Below are positions 36,495-45,838 of a DNA stretch of 64,000 nucleotides, piece by piece (the stretch's first letter is position 1; each line of letters opens with the position of its first letter). The position numbers and the translations under genes were made by a program. The notes beneath the pieces were generated by a model. That model did no database searches. It was given only the letters and a program-made list of their open reading frames with translations, and was not told where the DNA came from. The stretch is from an uncultured Nitrospira sp. (GTDB lineage: Bacteria; Nitrospirota; Nitrospiria; Nitrospirales; Nitrospiraceae): positions 73,416 to 137,415 of the forward strand of contig CABVSR010000001.1 in the NCBI GenBank assembly GCA_902500995.1, read 5' to 3'.

Positions 36495-37415
36495 ATGTTT
36501 CGCCCGATATTCCTGACGCTTCTGATGCTCGCTGCAGGACTGTGGAATCCTGCTGCGATGGTCTCCGCGGCATCGGCAGGTGAACCGCTCCACGTGGTCG
36601 TGACGCTCCCGGTCCTGAAAGATTGGGTGCAACAGATCGGCGGATCGCACGTCCATGTCGTCTCGCTCATGACCGGCTATGAGAGCGAGCATACCTATTC
36701 GCCCAAGCCCAGCGATCTGGTTGCCGTCCGTAAAGCGAGCCTGCTCTTCGAGGTCGGCGCAGGACTCGAAGTGTGGGTTTCCTCGCTGGTGAAAAATGCC
36801 GGCAATGCGTCCTTGCAAGTGGTGACGACGTCCAAAGATATCGAATTGATACCGGACGAACCGGACTCAACCGCCGATGCACACGGGCACCAGCATGAAG
36901 GCGGCAATCCTCATGTATGGCTGGATCCCTCTGCAGCCGCCACGATGGTGCAGCATATTGCCAAAGCCATGTCTGAAGCCGACCCGCATCACGCGGAGGA
37001 ATACCGTACCAAGACGGCCGGTTATCTTCAGGCCCTCATGCGGGTACAGGAAGAATCGTGGGAACGGCTTAAGAAGGTGCCGAACCGGGCGGTCATTGTC
37101 CATCACCCGGCTTGGCCGTATTTTGCCCGTCGCTACGATCTCCAGATCGCCGGAACCATTCTCACGCAGCCCGGCGGTGAACCCTCGGCGCGGCATCTGC
37201 ACCAGCTGATCAACGCCATCAAACGCGGCGGCATCCGGGTCATTATCTCCGAGGTGCAGCTGAATCAAAAAGTTCCCCAACTGCTGGCCCGGGAAACCGG
37301 GGCGCGCATCGCTGTCCTGACCACCTTGCCGGGTGGTCTCCCGGGAACCGAGACCTACCTCGACATGCTTCGCTATAATGTGCTCCAATTGGCCCACGCG
37401 CTAGAACAGACATAA
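36495..37415 (+). CDS. znuA: Zn/Mn ABC transporter substrate-binding protein (ZnuA/TroA family)
   Basis: HTYSPKP, His-rich loop HGHQHEGGNPHVWLDP, HPAWPYF and SE ligand. Confidence 0.88.
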   Translation: MFRPIFLTLLMLAAGLWNPAAMVSAASAGEPLHVVVTLPVLKDWVQQIGGSHVHVVSLMTGYESEHTYSPKPSDLVAVRKASLLFEVGAGLEVWVSSLVKNAGNASLQVVTTSKDIELIPDEPDSTADAHGHQHEGGNPHVWLDPSAAATMVQHIAKAMSEADPHHAEEYRTKTAGYLQALMRVQEESWERLKKVPNRAVIVHHPAWPYFARRYDLQIAGTILTQPGGEPSARHLHQLINAIKRGGIRVIISEVQLNQKVPQLLARETGARIAVLTTLPGGLPGTETYLDMLRYNVLQLAHALEQT

Positions 37416-37472
37416 CTGCCGCCTCCACCCGGGCACCGACGACAACCAGCAGCTTCATCCAACGCGCCACGC

Positions 37473-38255
37473 ATGACCCATCCAATCATCCGTTTTGACC
37501 ATGCGACTTTCGGGTTTCCCGGCACCGTGGCCTTGGAAGACATCTCTCTGTCTATTCCCGAATCGGAATTCGTCGGAGTCATCGGCCCGAACGGATCCGG
37601 GAAAACCACGCTGTGCCGCGCCGTGCTCGGATTGATGGCTCCGGTCAGCGGAACCCTGCGTGTCCTCGATTGTGCCTGCGAAGAACTTCGTTGCCACCAT
37701 CGGGCCCTCATCGGGTATCTGCCGCAAAAAGGCATGCTCGACCGCAACTTTCCTGTCACGGTCCTGGAAGCGGTCATGATGGGCCGCTATGGTGCGCTCG
37801 GCCTGTTTCGACGGCCATCCGGCAAAGATCGCGACATCGCCCGGCAGGCGCTCACGCAGGTCGGCATGGACCATCACCGGGATTCCGCCTTAGGAGCCTT
37901 ATCCGGCGGTCAGCAACAACGGGTCTTTATCGCGCGGGCCCTGGCGCAACAGCCCCGCATTTTGCTGCTGGATGAGCCCACCACCGGGCTGGATCTCACG
38001 GCGCAACACAATGTCGTGGAATTGATCCAGCAGCTGCATCAGGACCTGAAATTGACGATTCTGCTGATTACCCACGACATCAATATGATTCGCTCGCGGG
38101 TGGATCGATTGGTCCTGCTGAAAACCAGATTATTCGCGGCGGGATCCCCGCAGGACGTGCTGAAACCCGAGATTCTCAGCCAGGTCTACGGCAAAGAGCT
38201 GGTCATTACCGACAAAGACTTCATCGTCGTGGAGGATTACCATCATCACCACTGA
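37473..38255 (+). CDS. znuC: Zn/Mn ABC transporter ATPase
   Basis: GPNGSGKT, LSGGQQQR and LLDEP; C-terminal HHHH. Confidence 0.88.
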   Translation: MTHPIIRFDHATFGFPGTVALEDISLSIPESEFVGVIGPNGSGKTTLCRAVLGLMAPVSGTLRVLDCACEELRCHHRALIGYLPQKGMLDRNFPVTVLEAVMMGRYGALGLFRRPSGKDRDIARQALTQVGMDHHRDSALGALSGGQQQRVFIARALAQQPRILLLDEPTTGLDLTAQHNVVELIQQLHQDLKLTILLITHDINMIRSRVDRLVLLKTRLFAAGSPQDVLKPEILSQVYGKELVITDKDFIVVEDYHHHH

Positions 38256-38363
38256 CGCCTGCCGGCCTGATGATGGAGCAGGAATTGAATGAACGGTCAC
38301 GCCCGAGCAGGGCACCTCAGCCCATCATGTATGCATCCAACGTGCACCTGATTCATTGAACCG

Positions 38364-39185
38364 ATGCTAGAGTTACTTGCCTACGATTTCATGCAACGCT
38401 CGCTCCTGGCCGCCGCGCTGGTGGGTTCGGTGTGTTCCGTGATTGGGGTGTTTGTGGTGTTACGCGGCCTGGCCTTCGCCGGTGCAGGGACGGCGCATGC
38501 GGCATTTGCCGGCGTCACCCTGGCCTACCTGGTCGGTCTGCCTCCCCTGAGCCTCGCCATCGTGTTCGGGCTCGCGACGGTATGGATTACCGGCTGGGTC
38601 GAGGAGAAGGGCCGCATGAAATTGGATGTCTCGATCGGCATTCTCTATACCGCGACCATGGCCCTGGCCATTCTGTTTCTGGGTCTCATGAAGACCTATA
38701 ACCCCGAAGTCTATGGTTACCTTTTCGGCAGCGTCCTGTCCGTGACCAGCGAAGAACTCATGACCATCGGCGGACTGAGCATCGCGGTGCTGGGAACGAT
38801 TCTCCTGCTGTCGAAAGAGCTGTACTTCATCGCCTTCGACCAGGAAATGGCCGCTGCGTCCGGCGTGCCTGCGCGGCAGATTTTTTATCTCCTCCTCACC
38901 CTCGTGGCCTTGACCGTGGTGATTGCCTTAAAAACGGTGGGCGCCATTCTGGTCTTCGCGATGATTCTCATCCCGGCATCCACCGCCTATCAGCTCACGC
39001 ACAGCCTCACGCAAATGACGCTCTATTCCATGCTCATCGGAAACTTCTGCGCGGTCACCGGCGTGTTGCTGTCCTATGCGTTCGACCTGCCGTCCGGCCC
39101 ATCCATCGTCCTGCTGGCCACGAGTCTCTTTTTCCTTGCGGTCTGTTGTTCACCGAAGCGACTGCATCGTATTCACGCGCAATAG
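38364..39185 (+). CDS. znuB: Zn/Mn ABC transporter permease (ABC-3)
   Basis: FMQRSLLA, AHAAFAG, YLFGSVL and VGAILVFAMILIPA. Confidence 0.88.
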   Translation: MLELLAYDFMQRSLLAAALVGSVCSVIGVFVVLRGLAFAGAGTAHAAFAGVTLAYLVGLPPLSLAIVFGLATVWITGWVEEKGRMKLDVSIGILYTATMALAILFLGLMKTYNPEVYGYLFGSVLSVTSEELMTIGGLSIAVLGTILLLSKELYFIAFDQEMAAASGVPARQIFYLLLTLVALTVVIALKTVGAILVFAMILIPASTAYQLTHSLTQMTLYSMLIGNFCAVTGVLLSYAFDLPSGPSIVLLATSLFFLAVCCSPKRLHRIHAQ

Positions 39186-39244
39186 CCATCGGCGCCGGGC
39201 TGTATAAAGTGGAGAAGCGAAAAAGGAAGGAGTGGAGTCTCGGG

Positions 39245-39685
39245 TCAGGATTGTGGGTCCGGTTTCTTCCGGGACCAAACCATACCGGTCTGCTCCTTGG
39301 CGCTGAATCCCAAGCGCTCGTAGAATCCCGGCATCCGCGTGCATAACCAGAACAACTCAACCTGCCGGAGCGTGGGGTGATCGAGAATGCGTCGCACGAT
39401 CTCGGTGCCGATCCGTTGCCCTTGATAGTCTCGATCCACAATGACATCCCAGATGGAGGCGCGAAACACATAGTCCGTCAGCACCCGCCCGAAGCCCACC
39501 AAGCGAAGACCGTCCCAGGCGGAAATGACGAGGTCCGTCTTGGCCAGCATGGCTTGGGCCTGCTCCAGTTCGCGATGTTTCGCCCAGGGAGCCTGCCGGT
39601 ACAGATGAATCAGGTGGGTCGCGTCAAAATCGTTGCGATCGGAAAATGCGATGGGTCGTGGGCCGGTCTTGAGAGCGGGAGGCAT
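39245..39685 (-). CDS. GNAT family N-acetyltransferase
   Basis: LVGFGRVLTD, IWDVIVDRDYQGQRIG and FYERLGF. Confidence 0.9.
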   Translation of the reverse strand: MPPALKTGPRPIAFSDRNDFDATHLIHLYRQAPWAKHRELEQAQAMLAKTDLVISAWDGLRLVGFGRVLTDYVFRASIWDVIVDRDYQGQRIGTEIVRRILDHPTLRQVELFWLCTRMPGFYERLGFSAKEQTGMVWSRKKPDPQS

Positions 39686-39748
39686 CTTGTACTAAATTAA
39701 TCCCTCCGAACGGGGTCAATCGGTTAACCGTAGTGTAAGAGGAAGGCC

Positions 39749-39928
39749 ATGGGAACGCAAGTCCGAAGCTGCCCGAAGTGTTTTCAATTGATGTGGCTCA
39801 AGCAAGACCACTACGACATACTCGACGAAGAAACGGTCCGCACGAAATGTCCGCACTGCAACTCGACCGTTCGCTTTCAGCTGGTCACCGCCGGAGCCAA
39901 CGCTGCCGGGCCGAAGATGGGGCATTGA
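39749..39928 (+). CDS. Small zinc-finger protein (59 aa; not in the ORF track)
   Basis: SD AGAGGAAGG; MGTQVRSCPKCFQLMWLKQDHYDILDEETVRTKCPHCNSTVRFQLVTAGANAAGPKMGH. Confidence 0.8.
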   Translation: MGTQVRSCPKCFQLMWLKQDHYDILDEETVRTKCPHCNSTVRFQLVTAGANAAGPKMGH

Positions 39929-39939
39929 TCCGTCGAGCA

Positions 39940-40015
39940 AGTGCTGAGTGTTGAATGATGAGTGTTGCACCTATGAACGGGCATTCACTCACCACTCAGG
40001 ACTGGGAACTCACCA
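39940..40015. repeat. Inverted heptamer-periodic repeat between convergent genes
   Basis: agtgctg-agtgttg-aatgatg-agtgttg facing ctcacca-ctcagga-ctgggaa-ctcacca. Confidence 0.65.
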
Positions 40016-40021
40016 CGGCTT

Positions 40022-40444
40022 TTACATGCCCCGCCCGGCGCCTTCCAACTCCGGTTGACTGCCGGGCAGAATCTTGATGAGTGCCGCCCGGTACTCCCCC
40101 ATTCGCTTCTCCTCCGCCTGGCTGACTTTAATTTCCTTATCGCGTTGCATCCGCTCGACTTGGTCGAGGACGGCCATCAGCGGCTGAACCGTGCCCAGCA
40201 CATTGCCGACTTCAAAGGCTTCCAACGACTCGATCAGATAGGCCTGTAGCCCCTTCAACGGAGAGCGGCCGCTCTGCTCTCGAAACCGCAAAAGCGCCTG
40301 CTCAAAGGCCTCCACTGCCTCCGGTTTGGGTTTCACCCCCGTGGGCACGGAGGCAAGATGCACCACGGTCGGCAACTTGGCGGCATAACCCTTGAGCTGA
40401 GCAATCAGCTCCCCGATCCGATCGAGCACGGCACTGGTTTCCAT
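40022..40444 (-). CDS. Hypothetical helical protein (likely start 40444)
   Basis: Protein-like composition; SD-like GAGGAG upstream; co-directional with rluD. Confidence 0.7.
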   Translation of the reverse strand: METSAVLDRIGELIAQLKGYAAKLPTVVHLASVPTGVKPKPEAVEAFEQALLRFREQSGRSPLKGLQAYLIESLEAFEVGNVLGTVQPLMAVLDQVERMQRDKEIKVSQAEEKRMGEYRAALIKILPGSQPELEGAGRGM

Positions 40445-40504
40445 CGTTGATTTCTCCTCACCCACGCCGACTTGCCGCAGGGTCTTTGTCATGCCGGCTC
40501 GGCA

Positions 40505-41488
40505 TCATTCTCCGGCAGACACCTGGTGTGGCGTGGCTGCGCGAAGGAGATGCTGCACGTGCACCATATCGGGAGGAAACGGGACATCGAACTCATGATA
40601 CTCCCTGCTCGTAGGATGTGTGAATCCCAGCGTGCGGGCATGCAGCATCACCCGGGGTATCGGAATGCCCGCAACCGTCGCCACTTTGGCGCCTCCATAG
40701 GTTTTATCGCCCAGAATGGGATGGTCGATGGAAGTGAGGTGTACTCGCAACTGGTGAGTCCGCCCGGTCCTGGGCGAAAGCCGCACCTGTGCCGCGATCT
40801 TTCCGTATCGTTCCTCGATCTGGTATTCCGTCGCGGAGGCTTTGGGATTGGTGGTCCGTGCTGAAAATTTCTTTCGCTCCTTCGTATCGCGCCCGATGGC
40901 CAGTTCAATGAGACCGTGCCCCTTCTTCGGCACCCCCCAGATCAGCGCTTCGTAGACGCGAGTGATGGTGTGCAATTTGAATTGCGCCGCCAGCGCACGG
41001 TGCGACTGGTCGGTCTTGGCAATCACCATCACCCCGGAGGTTTCCTTATCGAGTCGGTGCACAAGACCCGGCCGCTCTTTGCCCCCGATGTGGGAGGGAG
41101 TGACCCCCGCGGTCGCAAAGTGATGCAGTAAGGCATTCACCAGCGTCCCCGACCAGTTCCCCGGCGCCGGATGCACCACTAAGCCGGCCTGCTTATTGAG
41201 CACGAGAAGGTCGGCGTCTTCGTGGAGAATCTCGATGGGGATTGCCTCTGGAGTCAGATCCAGAGGCTCTGGGCGCGGCACCTCCAGCCTGATGCGGTCC
41301 CCCGGCCTGATCTTGTGGCTCGGCCTGACGGACTGGCCGTTGATCTGAATACGCCCCTCCCCGATCAGTCGCTGCAAGGCCGAACGGGACAAGGTCGGAT
41401 CGCGATTGGCAAGAAAGACGTCGATTCGTTTGGATGATTCTCCTCCGGTCACGACGATTTCAACCGGAGTCGTGCTGACTCTATTCAC
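40505..41488 (-). CDS. rluD: RluA/RluD family pseudouridine synthase (copy 1)
   Basis: S4 domain, NKQAGLVVHP, HRLDKETSG, GRTHQLRVH and ILGDKTYG. Confidence 0.93.
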   Translation of the reverse strand: MNRVSTTPVEIVVTGGESSKRIDVFLANRDPTLSRSALQRLIGEGRIQINGQSVRPSHKIRPGDRIRLEVPRPEPLDLTPEAIPIEILHEDADLLVLNKQAGLVVHPAPGNWSGTLVNALLHHFATAGVTPSHIGGKERPGLVHRLDKETSGVMVIAKTDQSHRALAAQFKLHTITRVYEALIWGVPKKGHGLIELAIGRDTKERKKFSARTTNPKASATEYQIEERYGKIAAQVRLSPRTGRTHQLRVHLTSIDHPILGDKTYGGAKVATVAGIPIPRVMLHARTLGFTHPTSREYHEFDVPFPPDMVHVQHLLRAATPHQVSAGE

Positions 41489-41600
41489 GTGGTGACTGCC
41501 TGACCTCTAACCGAATTGATGAGCTGGCGTAAGCTGACATAGGGAACTGGCAAAAACAAGCTCCTGAGATATCCACTGTCCCGCACAAGTCGCACACACG

Positions 41601-41959
41601 TCATCCACAATCCATCCACAAACAGGTTCGGATCTGTGGCCGGCGAGTCGAGTCGCCGACGAAGCACCAGGCCGATTTTCTGTGTCAGGGATGCGGTGAC
41701 TGTGACAGGACGATGACGCATCGTCGTCAGCCCCCAACTGATCAACTCACGACTTCACGACACAGAATCATACTGTTCGCGCCATGAACCTTGGCTACTT
41801 TCGAGGCACCTGATTTGCTTTCTTATAAGACGGGTTTTGCATCACACAATCTGGCGAACATGATCTTCTGATGACCTCAAATTTTATCCACAGAATCCTC
41901 AAGTCGCTGCAAGGTTCAGTGGTGACCGAATCAACTGTCAGCCCACCGGCTGTGGATAA
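41601..41959. promoter_or_regulatory. Cluster of DnaA-box-like 9-mers
   Basis: Perfect TTATCCACA at 41884-41892 and TGTGGATAA at 41951-41959; TCATCCACA at 41601 and CCATCCACA at 41612. Confidence 0.5.
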
Positions 41960-42356
41960 TGTGTTGGACGCGCAATTGGAACAGGCACTACCTGAACGCC
42001 GGCTGGATGCCAGATTCGCGGTGAGGACACCCTGTCTGTACGAATTGAAGGAAGAACCGCGTCGTACGCCACCGATGATTCCCGGCAAGGCTCATTCATT
42101 GAATGTCAGTTCCAGTGGCGTCCTCTTGCTACTGGGTCAACAACCACAGAGGGGGCAGGTCCTGAGCCTTCACAATCCCGCGCTCCAGTCGCAACAAGGG
42201 ATCAGCCTGTTTGAGGTCCGGTGGACTGCCTCACTGCCGCTCGGAGCTCACCAGGGGTGCTACCTGGTGGGTTGCCATTTGGCCTTCGGGCACTTCCCCT
42301 TCTTTCTCGTGCAACGGCAATATCTGCACCGGGATATTTCGAGCCTTTCCCTCTAG
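41871..42356 (+). CDS. PilZ domain protein (true start may be downstream)
   Basis: RRLDAR (RxxxR) and NVSSSG ((D/N)xSxxG) c-di-GMP motifs. Confidence 0.75.
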   Translation: MTSNFIHRILKSLQGSVVTESTVSPPAVDNVLDAQLEQALPERRLDARFAVRTPCLYELKEEPRRTPPMIPGKAHSLNVSSSGVLLLLGQQPQRGQVLSLHNPALQSQQGISLFEVRWTASLPLGAHQGCYLVGCHLAFGHFPFFLVQRQYLHRDISSLSL

Positions 42357-42533
42357 CCCGGACTATTCATGAACACCCGCTGCGTCGTCCGATCCTCTCG
42401 CCCGGCGGGGCTTTTCTCGTTCGGCCTCCTCAACGGACTGAACGTACGCCTGCGTCGGCCTCACCTGCGAGAAGCCCCGGCGAGCGTCGGTCTCGAACGC
42501 CTCGCGGGGGCATTCATGAATAATCCGGGCTAG
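42353..42533. mobile_element. MITE-like non-coding element, 181 bp
   Basis: 21-bp terminal inverted repeats CTAGCCCGGA(C/T)TATTCATGAA (1 mismatch) and internal inverted segments; no credible ORF. Confidence 0.7.
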
Positions 42534-42593
42534 ACCATCGCCCCGTACCGTTTCTCTGGATGACGGAAGCTGCGGCTGTTCGCACCCTCACAC

Positions 42594-43535
42594 TCATTCG
42601 CACGGCTCTTCATTCAGAGCGGTGACACGAAGCGCATCGTACAGGACTTGAAAATCTGCCGGAGGGTTCGCGGTAAATTCACAATAGGCCTCGGTGAGAG
42701 GGTGCGCAAATCCAAGCTTCCGCGCATGGAGCATCACTCGCGGCACCGGCGATCCAGTCGAAGGGCCACTGCTGATTGCCCCATACATCGAATCTCCGAG
42801 AATTGGGTGGCCGATGGCCTGAAGATGGGCGCGTATCTGATGGGTACGGCCTGTGCGTGGGATCAGGACCACATGCGCTGCGACGGTACCGAATGGCCGC
42901 TCGACCCGATACCCCGTGACGGCGGCTTTGGCAAACTGCGTGTCCGCAGACGCTCGTTTGAGGTCTCTCCGATCCGGCCCGATGGCAAGTTCGATCAAGC
43001 CTTGGCAGGGTTCGGGGACGCCATGTACCAGGGCTTCGTATTGTCTGGTGATCGCATGTTGTTCGAATTGCCCGGCGAGCCGGCCATGCGCTTCCCTGGT
43101 TTTTGCCACGACCATGACCCCCGAGGTGTCTTTGTCCAGACGGTGGACTAATCCTCGCATGGCCACGGCTCCTGTCCGTCCGGCATGATCCAGGAGGGCG
43201 TTCAGCAACGTGTCGTTCCAATGACCTGGACCGGGATGCGCCGCCACGCCCGCCGGTTTGTTGACGACCAGGCAAGCCGAATCCTCGAACAGAATGTCGA
43301 GCGCCGTAGGCTGTCCATCAACCAGTAGCGGCGCCGCCTTCGGCCTGTCGAGGCTCACCACATCGCCCGGTTTTATTTTCTGACTCGCTCTGGCTGATCG
43401 ATGGTTGACGCGTACCCGGCCGGCCGAAATCAGACGTTGCACGGCCGAGCGGGAGAGTTTCGGCTCCCGGTTGACGAGGAACAGGTCCAACCGTTTCGGC
43501 TGTTCCCCCGTTGAAATGAGGAAATCGGTTTGCAT
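42594..43535 (-). CDS. rluD: RluA/RluD family pseudouridine synthase (copy 2)
   Basis: S4 domain, NKPAGVAAHP, HRLDKDTSG, GRTHQIRAH and ILGDSMYG. Confidence 0.9.
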   Translation of the reverse strand: MQTDFLISTGEQPKRLDLFLVNREPKLSRSAVQRLISAGRVRVNHRSARASQKIKPGDVVSLDRPKAAPLLVDGQPTALDILFEDSACLVVNKPAGVAAHPGPGHWNDTLLNALLDHAGRTGAVAMRGLVHRLDKDTSGVMVVAKTREAHGRLAGQFEQHAITRQYEALVHGVPEPCQGLIELAIGPDRRDLKRASADTQFAKAAVTGYRVERPFGTVAAHVVLIPRTGRTHQIRAHLQAIGHPILGDSMYGAISSGPSTGSPVPRVMLHARKLGFAHPLTEAYCEFTANPPADFQVLYDALRVTALNEEPCE

Positions 43536-43664
43536 TGCGGCGTTACGCTACGGCAGCGTCACCTGAGAATGCAATCGATGAGGGCGAGGCCGATTGCCTC
43601 TCAATGACATTCGGCCTATGCTGAACGTTGCGAGGCCGGGGCGACTTATGGAAGGAGGCTTAGC

Positions 43665-44252
43665 ATGAGAGAGATGAGAGGGACGCTCCCGTTTATCGCG
43701 GTGTGCCTGATACTGGTGAGCGGACTCGCAAAGACGGGCCAAGGGGCAGACTTGCCGGGAATCCCCCCTGAGGTAGTCGCAGACTACCTGCATGCAGTGA
43801 TTGAAGCGGACCGAACGTTTTACACCATCCATGTTGTCGAACGGATGCAGAAACAGGGCGGCACACCTGCATCGGAAACCTGGCGGAAGGACAAGGCTAC
43901 GTTGCCGCTGCCGGCCCAATTTCTTCGGGAGGCCAGTGAATTGGCGACCTTGACCGGAACCAGGGTGCGCTACCGTCTCATGAGCTTGTGGCCCATCAAC
44001 CCGCAGAACGCACCGGCAAATGACTCGGAACGCACCAGCCTGGAAATCCTACGGCTCCACCCTGAACGGTCTGTTTCCAGCACCGTCACCATCGGCAGTC
44101 AGCCTTATTTTCAAGTCGTCTACGCCGACCACGCTGTCACGCAGGCCTGCATTGCTTGCCACAATGCACACCCGCAAAGCCCGAAACGCGATTTCAAAAT
44201 CGATGACGTCATGGGCGGGATGGTGATAGAGATTCCGCTGCGCAAAGAGTAA
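43665..44252 (+). CDS. DUF3365 (Tll0287-like) secreted c-type heme protein A
   Basis: Signal peptide; LPLPAQF, SLWPIN and heme motif CIACH. Confidence 0.85.
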   Translation: MREMRGTLPFIAVCLILVSGLAKTGQGADLPGIPPEVVADYLHAVIEADRTFYTIHVVERMQKQGGTPASETWRKDKATLPLPAQFLREASELATLTGTRVRYRLMSLWPINPQNAPANDSERTSLEILRLHPERSVSSTVTIGSQPYFQVVYADHAVTQACIACHNAHPQSPKRDFKIDDVMGGMVIEIPLRKE

Positions 44253-44340
44253 GCTCGGACGTCAGCATCGACATCTTGCAGGCAAGCGGCGCGCCGTGGC
44301 AGCAGCCTGAAGAAAGGCCGAGAGCACTGTGGGGCCTGAC

Positions 44341-45765
44341 ATGAAGTTTTCCACCTACGACCCGGGCGAATTCTACGACGAGTTGTTCGAAGGGATCGGT
44401 CGGCCCCGACGGGGAAGCGCGTTACTGTTGCGGAAATTTGCCTCGCTTCCCGATGGAGAACTCAAAAAGCGCCAGCAAGCAGCGGAGCGCGTCATCCTCA
44501 ACATGGGAATGACGTTCGGCGTGTATGGCAGCGACGAGGGGCATGAACAGATCTTTCCCTTCGACATCGTACCCCGGATTGTCGAGGCACCGGATTGGGC
44601 GCTCATCGACACCGGGCTTCGCCAACGCCTGCGCGCACTGAACCTCTTTCTCGATGATGTGTATCACGCACAGACGATCCTCAAGGATCAGGTCATCCCG
44701 AGCGACCTGATCTATTCCAGCAAAGGGTTCCTGCAAGCCTGCTGGGGCCTCAAGCCCCCTCGCGATATCTGGTGCCACATCGCCGGGATCGACCTGGTGC
44801 GCATCGGCGACGGCCGATACTACGTCCTTGAGGATAATATGCGTTGCCCGTCCGGGGTGGCCTATGTGCTGGAAGCCCGACAGGTGATGAAACGAACCTT
44901 TCCGGAACTGTTTGACGCCTATCGCGTCAGGCCGGTCGACGAATACCCGAGCCGCCTGCTGGAAACCCTCCGATCCCTGTCGGACCTTCCCGATCCGACG
45001 ATCGTGATTCTGACGCCCGGCAGTTACAATTCCGCTTACTACGAGCACTCGCTGCTTGCCCAAAAAATGGGGGTGGAACTGGTGGAAGCGAGTGACCTCG
45101 TCGTCATCGATGGCTCGGTCCACATGCGCACCACGAAGGGCTCCCAACGAGTGGACGTGATCTATCGACGAGTCAATGACGAATATTTGGACCCGTTGGT
45201 ATTCCGTCCCGATTCTTTGCTGGGGATTCCCGGCGTCATGGAGGCCTATAAGAACGGCCGGGTGGCGATCGCTAATGCGCCCGGCACCGGCGTTGCCGAC
45301 GATAAGGCGATCTATGCCTACGTCCCCAAGATCATCAACTACTACTTGGCGGAGGAACCGATACTGCCCAACGTGCCCACCTATGTCTGCTGGGAACGTC
45401 GGGATCGAGACTACGTGCTTGAACATCTCGATCAGTTGGTGGTCAAAGCGACGAACGAAGCCGGTGGATACGGCATGATGATCGGCCCGCAGGCCTCTCA
45501 ACAGGAACGAGAAGACTGCGCCCATCGCATCCAGGCCGACCCTCGCAACTACATCGCCCAGCCCACACTCGCGCTCTCCCGATCGCCGACTCTGGTGGAA
45601 GACCATATCGAGGGGCGACATGTCGATCTGCGTCCGTACGTCTTGCAGGGAAAAGCTTTCTATGTGTTGCCGGGCGGCATGACTCGCGTGGCGTTGAGAA
45701 AGGGGTCGCTGGTCGTTAATTCGTCTCAAGGTGGCGGCAACAAAGATACATGGGTGCTGTCATGA
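44341..45765 (+). CDS. Circularly permuted ATP-grasp type 2 protein (start 44341 or GTG 44329)
   Basis: FPFDIVPR, GIDLVR, VLEDNMRCPSGVAY, DVIYRRV, NAPGTGVADDK, HVDLRPY and VVNSSQGGGNKDTWV. Confidence 0.93.
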   Translation: MKFSTYDPGEFYDELFEGIGRPRRGSALLLRKFASLPDGELKKRQQAAERVILNMGMTFGVYGSDEGHEQIFPFDIVPRIVEAPDWALIDTGLRQRLRALNLFLDDVYHAQTILKDQVIPSDLIYSSKGFLQACWGLKPPRDIWCHIAGIDLVRIGDGRYYVLEDNMRCPSGVAYVLEARQVMKRTFPELFDAYRVRPVDEYPSRLLETLRSLSDLPDPTIVILTPGSYNSAYYEHSLLAQKMGVELVEASDLVVIDGSVHMRTTKGSQRVDVIYRRVNDEYLDPLVFRPDSLLGIPGVMEAYKNGRVAIANAPGTGVADDKAIYAYVPKIINYYLAEEPILPNVPTYVCWERRDRDYVLEHLDQLVVKATNEAGGYGMMIGPQASQQEREDCAHRIQADPRNYIAQPTLALSRSPTLVEDHIEGRHVDLRPYVLQGKAFYVLPGGMTRVALRKGSLVVNSSQGGGNKDTWVLS

Positions 45766-45838
45766 GTCTCGCGCGCGTACGAGCCCCTCGTCCATCGGTC
45801 GGCCGGAGGCTCCGCGCACACCCCAATTGGACACCGCG

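Noticed and set aside
41474-41500. CACGTG core near the rluD start as a parS
   Set aside because: Flanks do not match the parS palindrome
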